Below are positions 1 through 8,107 of a stretch of 27,707 nucleotides of DNA, piece by piece (the first letter of the stretch is position 1; the number at the start of each line of letters is the position of its first letter). The notes below the pieces were generated by a model, which was not told where the DNA came from, ran no database searches, and worked only from the letters and a program-made list of their open reading frames with translations. Made by a program: the position numbers and the translations under genes. The DNA is from Cytophagales bacterium (GTDB lineage: Bacteria > Bacteroidota > Bacteroidia > Cytophagales > UBA9547). The stretch is taken from positions 1 to 27,707 of the forward strand of contig JBDNDT010000001.1 of the NCBI GenBank assembly GCA_046718985.1. Direction: 5' to 3'.

Positions 1-3000
1 TGTTATAGAAATTTGCATCCCAATTTAGGTCAATCTTTGAAGATGAAACATTGATAATTTGAACATTTTTAGGAGCTTCGCAAACAGGGTCTGTAAGTTT
101 AATTTCTAACTTCACAAACTGTGAGCTTGGCAAAGTGCTATTACACATAGTGTAAATATACACATCAATTTCAGAATTTCTTGGAAGGTTTGTGAGAGTT
201 ATACTATTGGTTGAAACAAATCTGTCTATTCCAAGATTGGGGTTAGTTCCCTTTGGAGCCCACGTAACCTTATAAGATGAAAACACATTGTTATCCCATG
301 ACAAAGCTACTGTTCTTCCTGTGATTTGACCAACTATGACATTAGTTGGTGCAGTGCAAGGCAATGAAGAGAAGTAATAAGGACCTGAGTATAGTTTTTC
401 ATCGTTGGCGCATTGAGTGTTTAGGTATAATTCGTAATTTCTTCCAACAACTAATTCCGAAATCAAAATTGAATCTACTGTAATTCCATTTATGGCTTGT
501 GGGCTACCTATACCTAGTGTAAAAGGACTAAATGAATAAATAGCATTGACGGGATTGGGTGAAGTTGACCATTTAATGGATACTTGATCGCTTGATACCT
601 GAGATATTTCATTTGCAAACAATAGATCACAGTTACTATTAATACTACCAAAACTCAAAACTGAATATCCAAATAAGTGTTTACTTTTGCTATTATTAGC
701 CAAAGGAGTGATGGAATACAATGGGCTGTTAGGCGCTTTTTTATTTAAAAGTGCCAAAGTATTATTATTCAAATCTGATTGAGATAAGATAGTATAAGAA
801 GCGGTGTCGGCAGAAGTTGGGAAAACTCCAAATACATTTGAACCAACAGAAGGCAAAGAAACTTGTGTTGATTTTAAGCCATTTTTCCAAGACAGCAGTT
901 GGATTCCCTTTGTTTTTTTAATATCTACAACTTTGATTTGATACTCTTCACTGTCGAAAAACACTTGATTGCCGGTCCAATTGGCATCTTCAGGATACAT
1001 ATACACACTGGTATCTCCCACAAATGCACCTGACACTGACCAATAGTTATGTGTTGAAACACTGTTGTTTAAAGTTACATTCGACACTCTATCAACGGGT
1101 TGACCTTCTCCCTCGTCAAAACTGAAATTCATGAACAAACCATCTTCATTACCTATAGCTCTTCTACACATTAAGTTTCTAATCTCATCTTCTGTTCTTG
1201 CTTTTTTCCACACCCTCACTTCATCAACAGAGCCATTAAGAAACTCTGACAAATCATTGGAATGACCTAAATAGAAAGTGCCGTTTGGAACTGAAGCATT
1301 GGCAGGAATTGAAATGACTGTTCCATCAAAAACTCCATTTACATAGATTCTAACTTCCGCACCTTTACGCACCATAGCAATGTGAGACCATTGGTTTTCA
1401 GGCAAAAAGTGTTTGGTGTTTTTCCATCCGATGCCACCTGCCCACCATATACCCACTGATCCATTTCCACCACTACCACCTGTTTTTGAATAAAAAGCCG
1501 GTGCTGCCACCAATGAAGAATTACCAAAAGCCATTACACCGTTTGCACCACTTCTTGCTCGTTGAAAAACCCAAGCTTCTAAAGTAAAGTCTCCAGTGCC
1601 TATATTATGATTAATAACATTAGACGAAATGGCACGTTGAGAACCTGTAAAATTATAGCTGTAAGATGGCGCTGAAACTACTAAATCTTTGGTTTTAAAA
1701 GAAATTGGACCCACCCAATCGCTTGCAGAACCAATAGAAGAGCAAGTATCTTTTACATATACATAATATTCTTGGTCAGGATTTAAGCCTGAAAGAGTAA
1801 AATTAACTAAACCCCCAACACCTTTAACGGTTGTTCCTTGCGAAAAACCAGGATTAAAAGGTACGGTGCTATATTCCATCACCCATGATCCTGAATTAGA
1901 TATCCATGACAAATTGGTTTTAGTAAAACCTGGATCACCTTCAAGCTTGAAAGCTGTTGGTGCATTACATGTTTCCAAAGCAAACGATGCAATCATTAGC
2001 TGAGCGTTGGAATTATTGGTAACGGTCTTAGTGAAAGACTTTTTTGTATTGCTAAAACCAACAGTTTGCTCCCAAGATGAAAGCCTGTTGAACAGTTGAA
2101 TACTATTTGAATCAGTAACTGCTTTTTCAAAATCAGTATAATCCAACTTAACATCCATTGTAGTTGAAGCACTTACATTTGTGGCAAAGTATCCAAACAA
2201 TGTATAGTTTTCTTTTGGATTAGGAAGACCTATTCTGTATTCGGGTAGTACACTATCAATTGCATACACATGCACTCCGTTAGTGTTGGAAATATTTGAT
2301 AAACTCAATGTTCCATAACCTGAACTTGACACAGAAACAGGATTGGTATAATTACCATATGCGAAAGCAGACCTATTTCCAACAGGAACGGAAGAGACCT
2401 GCCAAAGTGCATTTGTTAAAGCTCCGGATTTGGTGTATCTGGCATCAATGACAGCATTTCCTACTTTATTTTTGACCAAAGAACCATTGTTTTCATTGAA
2501 ATCGTAATACACCAATAAGTTTGATTTATCGGCTTCATTTGTTATGGATTGACACATGTATCTTCTCAAACTGTCTAAAGGTCTAACACCTTTCCATATT
2601 CTAAACTCGTCGAATCCTCCATTGAATTTTTGAGCATAAGAACCTGTACCGTCTTGTCCTAATCTGAAATTTAAAGCTCCTTTGAGTGTTGCTGTGGGAG
2701 TCATTGCTGCTGTCAGATTTCCTGATGCGGCTTGCACACCATTCACATAAGCAATTACTCTGGGTGTGCTGCCATTTCTGTCAAACACCACTGCAATGTG
2801 ATTCCATCTTCCTACGATGCCTTGAGGCACGTTGATGCTATTGAGGTCGAAACGTGTTCCCGAACCGAATCTGGCATTCACTTTAAAAGTAGTTGCACTA
2901 GTGTTGGCGAGAACAATCCCAATATTGTTTCCAGAATCCCAATTTTTGTTACCAAACCATGCAGGATCAGAATTGGTACTGTTCACAAACATCCAGGTTT

Positions 3001-3169
3001 CGATTGTGAAGTTAGAAGTTGCCAAACTATCATTTAAAGCAGCACCCATATTTAGGTGTTCGTTTGCAATTGTACCTTCAAGGCGCACGAAATGACCTGA
3101 AGAATTTTGCCTTTGGGCAAAAGCGTGGCTAAGCATACCTAGTATGCACGCCAAAAACAGTTTTTTCAT
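1..3169 (-). CDS. Large secreted LamG (ConA-like) x2 + fibronectin type III repeat protein, 3' end beyond left window edge (>1050 aa)
   Basis: Manual translation from ATG at 3169 gives MKKLFLACILGMLSHAFAQ (signal peptide). LamG motifs follow (SNFTIETW...WNHIAVVFDR...YVNG...FNGGFDEFRIW; GDFTLEAWV...WSHIAMVR...YVNG...LNGSVDEVRVW), plus FN3-like units (CNAPTA...LSW...LSGLNPDQEYYVYV; CTAPTNV...LSW; CEAPKNV...LNW). The frame was spot-checked at several points and stays open to base 2. It is absent from the ORF track, consistent with no in-window stop. Confidence 0.88.
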   Translation of the reverse strand, partial: MKKLFLACILGMLSHAFAQRQNSSGHFVRLEGTIANEHLNMGAALNDSLATSNFTIETWMFVNSTNSDPAWFGNKNWDSGNNIGIVLANTSATTFKVNARFGSGTRFDLNSINVPQGIVGRWNHIAVVFDRNGSTPRVIAYVNGVQAASGNLTAAMTPTATLKGALNFRLGQDGTGSYAQKFNGGFDEFRIWKGVRPLDSLRRYMCQSITNEADKSNLLVYYDFNENNGSLVKNKVGNAVIDARYTKSGALTNALWQVSSVPVGNRSAFAYGNYTNPVSVSSSGYGTLSLSNISNTNGVHVYAIDSVLPEYRIGLPNPKENYTLFGYFATNVSASTTMDVKLDYTDFEKAVTDSNSIQLFNRLSSWEQTVGFSNTKKSFTKTVTNNSNAQLMIASFALETCNAPTAFKLEGDPGFTKTNLSWISNSGSWVMEYSTVPFNPGFSQGTTVKGVGGLVNFTLSGLNPDQEYYVYVKDTCSSIGSASDWVGPISFKTKDLVVSAPSYSYNFTGSQRAISSNVINHNIGTGDFTLEAWVFQRARSGANGVMAFGNSSLVAAPAFYSKTGGSGGNGSVGIWWAGGIGWKNTKHFLPENQWSHIAMVRKGAEVRIYVNGVFDGTVISIPANASVPNGTFYLGHSNDLSEFLNGSVDEVRVWKKARTEDEIRNLMCRRAIGNEDGLFMNFSFDEGEGQPVDRVSNVTLNNSVSTHNYWSVSGAFVGDTSVYMYPEDANWTGNQVFFDSEEYQIKVVDIKKTKGIQLLSWKNGLKSTQVSLPSVGSNVFGVFPTSADTASYTILSQSDLNNNTLALLNKKAPNSPLYSITPLANNSKSKHLFGYSVLSFGSINSNCDLLFANEISQVSSDQVSIKWSTSPNPVNAIYSFSPFTLGIGSPQAINGITVDSILISELVVGRNYELYLNTQCANDEKLYSGPYYFSSLPCTAPTNVIVGQITGRTVALSWDNNVFSSYKVTWAPKGTNPNLGIDRFVSTNSITLTNLPRNSEIDVYIYTMCNSTLPSSQFVKLEIKLTDPVCEAPKNVQIINVSSSKIDLNWDANFYN

Positions 3170-3200
3170 AAAAATTGTGTTTTGTTTGTTTAGTGTATTT

Positions 3201-4475
3201 TTATTTTTTGATTACTTTTCTCACGGTTACCTTTGAACCGTTTACAACTTTGAGGCTATAGATACCTTTTGGCAAATCAGAAATATCAAGCTCAGCAAGC
3301 ATGCTTGTGATGTCAAACATTCCATTTAGAATTATATTTCCATTTGGGCTCAGCAAAGAGTAATTTGCTCCACCAGCATCAACAGATTTTAGGGCAATTT
3401 TAAACACTCCTTCATTTGGGTTGGGGAAAACACCAAAGCCAAAATCATCCATTTTAGAGAATCTGTCATTTTCAACACTAGTTACCTCTTCATATTTCAC
3501 CCAAGATTTACCGTCTAAGTTCCAACCAGTCACAGTATCGGGCAAAATTGGGCTGTTATTTGGTCCGGCGTATCTAAGCATATGTGCTATTGCAGTAACA
3601 GCAATATCAGTTAGAACAGGCACGTTTTTAATATCTTCAAGTTTGGGCTGTCTGTTAGGGATTTGATAACTTCCCGGGTCAGAACCGGTGATCTGTAATT
3701 TAGGCATACCACCGCCTGAGGCAAACCACCAAATTTGTCTCTCTGTGTTTGAATTACCACCGTGGCTGGTGCCTGTGCCTCCATGATCGGTTGTAGCCAA
3801 AATCATCCAATCTTCTTGGTCATAAGTTTCGCGGTCTTTGAGAGCTTGAATGACTTCTGCCAACTCAGAATCCACTTTTTTGATGTTAGAGATATAATTT
3901 GCATTTGTTGGGTTAAATCCGCTGGCGTGTCCTGTGGCATCTACTTCGTCATAATGGATAAAAAGTATGTCTAAATCTTCGTCCAACAATTGAATTTTAG
4001 CAGCATTTGTTACTGCTTTTTGGCTGTGGTTTCCGGCATCAATGGCTTTATCCCATTTTGAGTTGAAAACATAACCTCCTGGGTTGATATCCTTCTCTCC
4101 CATTTGATTCCATGTGATGATTTGCACCGCTTTCACATCAGGTCTAAATTGTTTTACACGATTAGGAAAATAAGGGTAGTTGGTGAAATTAGCACCTGCA
4201 TAAGTATTGGATCTAACATTATGTTTAGCTTCCCACACACCTGTCATCATTGATGACCAAGACGGTCCGCTAGAAGTGATGCCAAGATGCCAAGAGTCAA
4301 ATGTGTAAGTTCCTGCGGCCATCAGCGAGTCCAATGTTGGTGTATCTATTTGCCTCAAAGCATCAGACCTCACGCCATCTATACCTATAAAAAGCAATTT
4401 TGGCTTTTTAACAACAGGTTGAGACCATACTGATGCCCCAGCCAAGAAAATCAAACTTAACCATTTTGTTTTCAT
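3201..4475 (-). CDS. Alkaline phosphatase superfamily (NPP/phosphodiesterase-like) enzyme with T9SS type A C-terminal sorting domain
   Basis: Signal peptide; metal-ligand motifs IGIDGVR, DEVDATGH, TDHGG and SHGG; nucleophile motif TSSGPSWSSMMTG aligning to NPP TxTxPxHxSxxTG; C-terminal VFPNPNEG...LDISDLPKGIYSLKV...KVIK typical of a T9SS CTD. Confidence 0.88.
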   Translation of the reverse strand: MKTKWLSLIFLAGASVWSQPVVKKPKLLFIGIDGVRSDALRQIDTPTLDSLMAAGTYTFDSWHLGITSSGPSWSSMMTGVWEAKHNVRSNTYAGANFTNYPYFPNRVKQFRPDVKAVQIITWNQMGEKDINPGGYVFNSKWDKAIDAGNHSQKAVTNAAKIQLLDEDLDILFIHYDEVDATGHASGFNPTNANYISNIKKVDSELAEVIQALKDRETYDQEDWMILATTDHGGTGTSHGGNSNTERQIWWFASGGGMPKLQITGSDPGSYQIPNRQPKLEDIKNVPVLTDIAVTAIAHMLRYAGPNNSPILPDTVTGWNLDGKSWVKYEEVTSVENDRFSKMDDFGFGVFPNPNEGVFKIALKSVDAGGANYSLLSPNGNIILNGMFDITSMLAELDISDLPKGIYSLKVVNGSKVTVRKVIKK

Positions 4476-4496
4476 ATTATTTTGTGTTTAAAATTT

Positions 4497-7400
4497 TTAA
4501 TCCAAATTAAATCTTAGCCCTAATTGTACCCTTGCTGAGTAATACTCAACCTTGACAGGTCTTTCTCTTTGCCCTCTATAAATCACAAAAGGGGCATTGT
4601 TGAGATTGTTAACTTCCAAAAATGTTGAGAAGTATTTACTTATTTGATAAGCAAAAGAAAAGTCAAGAGTTGAAATTCTACCCATAAACAAATCAAAATC
4701 AGTATTTTGGGCTATGTTACTTTGATTGGTGACAGGATCTGTGTAAGCTATTAAATTCAACTCCATCAAATATGAAGACTTATGATTGAGAGCCAGCCTT
4801 GTAGTGATTTTATTATTTTCAAAAAACACACCTACATTTCCTACAAAAGGTGCTTGTCTTGGAAATGGCTGTAACTCTACTCTCGTAGGAATACGCATAC
4901 GTGAATAACTTAATGTAAAATTGGCATCTAAACCAAAATCTTTAAATATTCCCGGTAAAAAAGACATCTTTCTTTTTATACCACTTTCCATTCCGACTAT
5001 AAATGCATTTGGAGCGTTTTCAAAACGATTGGTGATGAATGCAGTTTGTTGATTTTCGACACTTATTGTATCAAAAGCCAAATAGATATGGTCTGTTACA
5101 TATTTGTAAAAACCAGTTACATAAATCATTCCTTTATTTCCCCAATAATGGTCAATACCCAAATCGGAGTTGGTGGAATAAGTTGGTTTTAAATTGGGAT
5201 TGCCTCTAGTGCGTACAAAATTTGAGTAGTCAACTATGGGGGCACCAGGCTTTATTTCATTGAAGTTAGCCCTTCTTAATGAGCGAGTTACGGCTAATCT
5301 TAACACTGTATTTGGGTTCAAATCAAACCTGATTGTCAAAGAAGGCAATAATGACAGATAGTTTTTTCCGGCTGAGAGATTGTTGGTTTCAAATATCCTA
5401 TTTCCTGTTGCGAAGTCAACTGAGTCAGTCTTAACATTCAATGCTGTAACTTGAGGAGTAGTGTACTCTAATCTCAATCCGGTATTGATACTCCATTTGT
5501 CGTTAAATTTATAATCACCCATCAAATATCCTGAATACACACTCTCCCTGTATGAATAATTTGATGCTATAAACAAATCATATGATGCTTCAGGAGGCAG
5601 ATCGGGACCATATGGGATTTTCTCTAAATATTGATTTTGATACCTGTTTATGAATTCGTTTGTTTCATCTTTGGTCAAAAAACGGTTTTGAAACCTTGGG
5701 TCTGCATAAGGAGAACCGATTGACTTGAGGTAAGTATTGTAGAGGGGTATGTTCATTGTATTAAAATTCTCTAAAGAAATCACATCTCCCCCAAGCTTCG
5801 AGTCATCTTTGAGCCAATATTCAATCCCAACCTTACGTTGACCCGTTTTGGTTCTAAATTTTAAGCCTGATTTTAGTTTAAACTTTGAATTGAATTTATG
5901 CTCATAATCTGACTGAATGACAATTGGGTCACTTTCCCGAGTGTTGTTTGTTTCAGAATATGCCCTGTTTAACAGAAATTTCTGATAATCTACTGCAAAC
6001 GGGTCGTTAGGTCTGTTGGTCCATTTAGGGATTATGGCTTCATGGTGATCGCCTGCACCTTTTAAAGGACTATCGATAGCTAAATATTTGTTTCTTGAAG
6101 AATAATCAACGATGTTAGAGGCATCGTCAATGTGATCTATTGTGTAAAAAGAACCATCATCACGTTGATAAATATAATCATAGAAATCAACTGACTGTTT
6201 AAATTCTGTAACAAAGTAGCCGTTTCTGGGGTCATTTCCTTTAAATGGTACTGGTCCGTATTTAAAGCGACTGTGATAAGTTGCTACTTTGAAATCCAAC
6301 ACTGATTTTTCATTGAATTTATGTTGCAAAGAAATATTGCCTCCAAAAAAACGGGTGATTTGAATGTTATGAATATTTTGTAACAGAATGGCATTTCCCG
6401 TTCCATCGGCATAATTATACAATCGTTTTCTATTCCATTCATCATCTTTCATGTTCCCAAGAATTCCGGTTGCTGAAAGCTTGGTTCTTTGCGAAAATTT
6501 ATATTCCAGACCCCCATTCAATCCAATAGTTTGTCTATGACCCAAATAATTTCTCAATTCTAATCTGTTAACTACCTGGTTGTTTTCTAAACCGCCGCCA
6601 TACAATACTTGATAATTATCAGTTCCCCAAGCCCGGTTGTAAATGGAGGCAGACATAACATAGCCGAAATTGCCATTTTTAGATCGGTCACCATACAAAA
6701 TTTCACCTGAGTAAATAGGTCCTTGAGCCTTAAAATTGTAACCCGAACCAATTTGAGCTTTCAACATTTTTTTGTTGGGAGAATAACGAGTGAGAAAATT
6801 GGCACTTCCGCCAATTGCATCTCCTTCCACATCTGCTGTCAAAGATTTTGCAACAATCACATATTCAATCATGCTTGAGGGGAAAATGTCGAAATTGAGC
6901 GCTCTTGACTTCGATTCTTCGTCAGCAACAGGCATGCGGTCTCCGTTTACCAAGTTTGAACTCCAGTCAATGGGTGTACCCCTAAAGGATACGAACCTTC
7001 CTTCGCCGTGGTCTTTTTCCACAACCACACCTGACAAACGTTGAACGGCCTCTGCGGCATTTTTGTCAGGCAATTTGGATATGCCTTCAGCAGCTATTAC
7101 ATTCACAATTTTGGTAGATTGCTTGGTGATGTTGATTGCTTTTTGTTCACCATGGTTCATTTCTCCTTTTATGATGACTTCATCTAAGGTGTTTTTATCC
7201 GAAATGTCATCGTTGAGTATGATTTTGTTTAAGTTCAAAACACCTGAGGGAGGAACTTTTGCGGATATAGATTTCGTTTCATAACCCATGTACATAACTT
7301 CAATCTGAACATCCCCTTCAGCGACATTTAGCAACACAAAATATCCATCCAAGTCAGTTTCAGCAATAATACCTTGGCTTTTAACCATCACCACAACACC

Positions 7401-7514
7401 GGGCAAATTACCATTTCTGTCGGCAATCACACCTGTAACATTGGCTTTTCCTTGTGCTTGAAGCCTTTCACAAATTATCAACAACAAACCCAAAAATATA
7501 AGCTGAATTTTCAT
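4497..7514 (-). CDS. TonB-dependent receptor with N-terminal carboxypeptidase-regulatory-like domain
   Basis: 1005 aa; signal peptide; N-terminal GVIAD...LPGVVV...ETDLDGYF...YMGY; plug ISKLPDKNAAEAVQRLSGV; barrel features GNPNLKPTYSTNSDL and NNLNN; C-terminal beta-strand VQLGLRFNL. Confidence 0.93.
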   Translation of the reverse strand: MKIQLIFLGLLLIICERLQAQGKANVTGVIADRNGNLPGVVVMVKSQGIIAETDLDGYFVLLNVAEGDVQIEVMYMGYETKSISAKVPPSGVLNLNKIILNDDISDKNTLDEVIIKGEMNHGEQKAINITKQSTKIVNVIAAEGISKLPDKNAAEAVQRLSGVVVEKDHGEGRFVSFRGTPIDWSSNLVNGDRMPVADEESKSRALNFDIFPSSMIEYVIVAKSLTADVEGDAIGGSANFLTRYSPNKKMLKAQIGSGYNFKAQGPIYSGEILYGDRSKNGNFGYVMSASIYNRAWGTDNYQVLYGGGLENNQVVNRLELRNYLGHRQTIGLNGGLEYKFSQRTKLSATGILGNMKDDEWNRKRLYNYADGTGNAILLQNIHNIQITRFFGGNISLQHKFNEKSVLDFKVATYHSRFKYGPVPFKGNDPRNGYFVTEFKQSVDFYDYIYQRDDGSFYTIDHIDDASNIVDYSSRNKYLAIDSPLKGAGDHHEAIIPKWTNRPNDPFAVDYQKFLLNRAYSETNNTRESDPIVIQSDYEHKFNSKFKLKSGLKFRTKTGQRKVGIEYWLKDDSKLGGDVISLENFNTMNIPLYNTYLKSIGSPYADPRFQNRFLTKDETNEFINRYQNQYLEKIPYGPDLPPEASYDLFIASNYSYRESVYSGYLMGDYKFNDKWSINTGLRLEYTTPQVTALNVKTDSVDFATGNRIFETNNLSAGKNYLSLLPSLTIRFDLNPNTVLRLAVTRSLRRANFNEIKPGAPIVDYSNFVRTRGNPNLKPTYSTNSDLGIDHYWGNKGMIYVTGFYKYVTDHIYLAFDTISVENQQTAFITNRFENAPNAFIVGMESGIKRKMSFLPGIFKDFGLDANFTLSYSRMRIPTRVELQPFPRQAPFVGNVGVFFENNKITTRLALNHKSSYLMELNLIAYTDPVTNQSNIAQNTDFDLFMGRISTLDFSFAYQISKYFSTFLEVNNLNNAPFVIYRGQRERPVKVEYYSARVQLGLRFNLD

Positions 7515-7933
7515 TAGTCCTTACCTTCACATTTACCACAATGACAATGCCCATTGTGAGATTCTACAAACAACCCGTTTTTAATATCTGTCATTTTCAC
7601 CACAGAGGCAACATCTCGCATTACGGCAGCTTTATCAATTAAATTGTCAAAATCTTTTGCTTTGAGATAGCTGTCATGCCCATCCAAAGCCCACCTTACC
7701 CATTTTTCAAAAGATTTCAATAATTGCTGATAGGCTACAATAACCACTGTGTCTTTGTTATTCTTTTTTTGCTTTAACTCGTCGAAATTTAACACTCGTG
7801 CATAAAATTCATTTTTAAGCGCAAAAGCTTTTATGCTGTCTCCTTTATGGTCATGCGTATGAATGTGTTGAGCCGATATGGAAAAACAATTCATTAACAT
7901 TAATTTCACAAATAACATATTAAACAGCTTCAT
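7514..7933 (-). CDS. Small exported hypothetical protein with His-rich N-terminus and His/Cys-rich C-terminus
   Basis: 139 aa; signal-peptide-like start; HIHTHDH after the predicted cleavage; C-terminal HNGHCHCGKC; stop overlaps the TBDR start (TAATG at 7516-7512). Confidence 0.75.
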   Translation of the reverse strand: MKLFNMLFVKLMLMNCFSISAQHIHTHDHKGDSIKAFALKNEFYARVLNFDELKQKKNNKDTVVIVAYQQLLKSFEKWVRWALDGHDSYLKAKDFDNLIDKAAVMRDVASVVKMTDIKNGLFVESHNGHCHCGKCEGKD

Positions 7934-7975
7934 TTTTTCTCACATTCAGTGTTTTATAAACAGCGGTTAATGATA

Positions 7976-8071
7976 CAAATATCACACCTAAATTTGACTA
8001 TTTGTAAATTAACATGTTATCAAATTGTTAAATTTTAATTATATGTAAACTTTAAATAGAATTATGTAAAC
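7976..8071 (-). promoter_or_regulatory. Putative promoter/operator region for the small protein-TBDR-phosphatase-LamG operon
   Basis: On the minus strand, a near-consensus -7 element GATATTTG (7983-7976) is preceded by half-sites TTTACA (8008), ATAACA (8020) and TTAACA (8031), with further TTTACA at 8049 and 8070. 8017-8031 is a one-mismatch copy of TTAAC-N5-GTTAA. Confidence 0.5.
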
Positions 8072-8107
8072 ATCTAGTTATTAAATCGTGTCTATAAAAG
8101 TCAAAGC

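Noticed and set aside
1339-3095. ORF-track calls 1339..1527(-), 2732..3037(+) and 2832..3095(+)
   Set aside because: They are out-of-frame or antisense shadows inside the long LamG/FN3 ORF and have no recognisable motifs.
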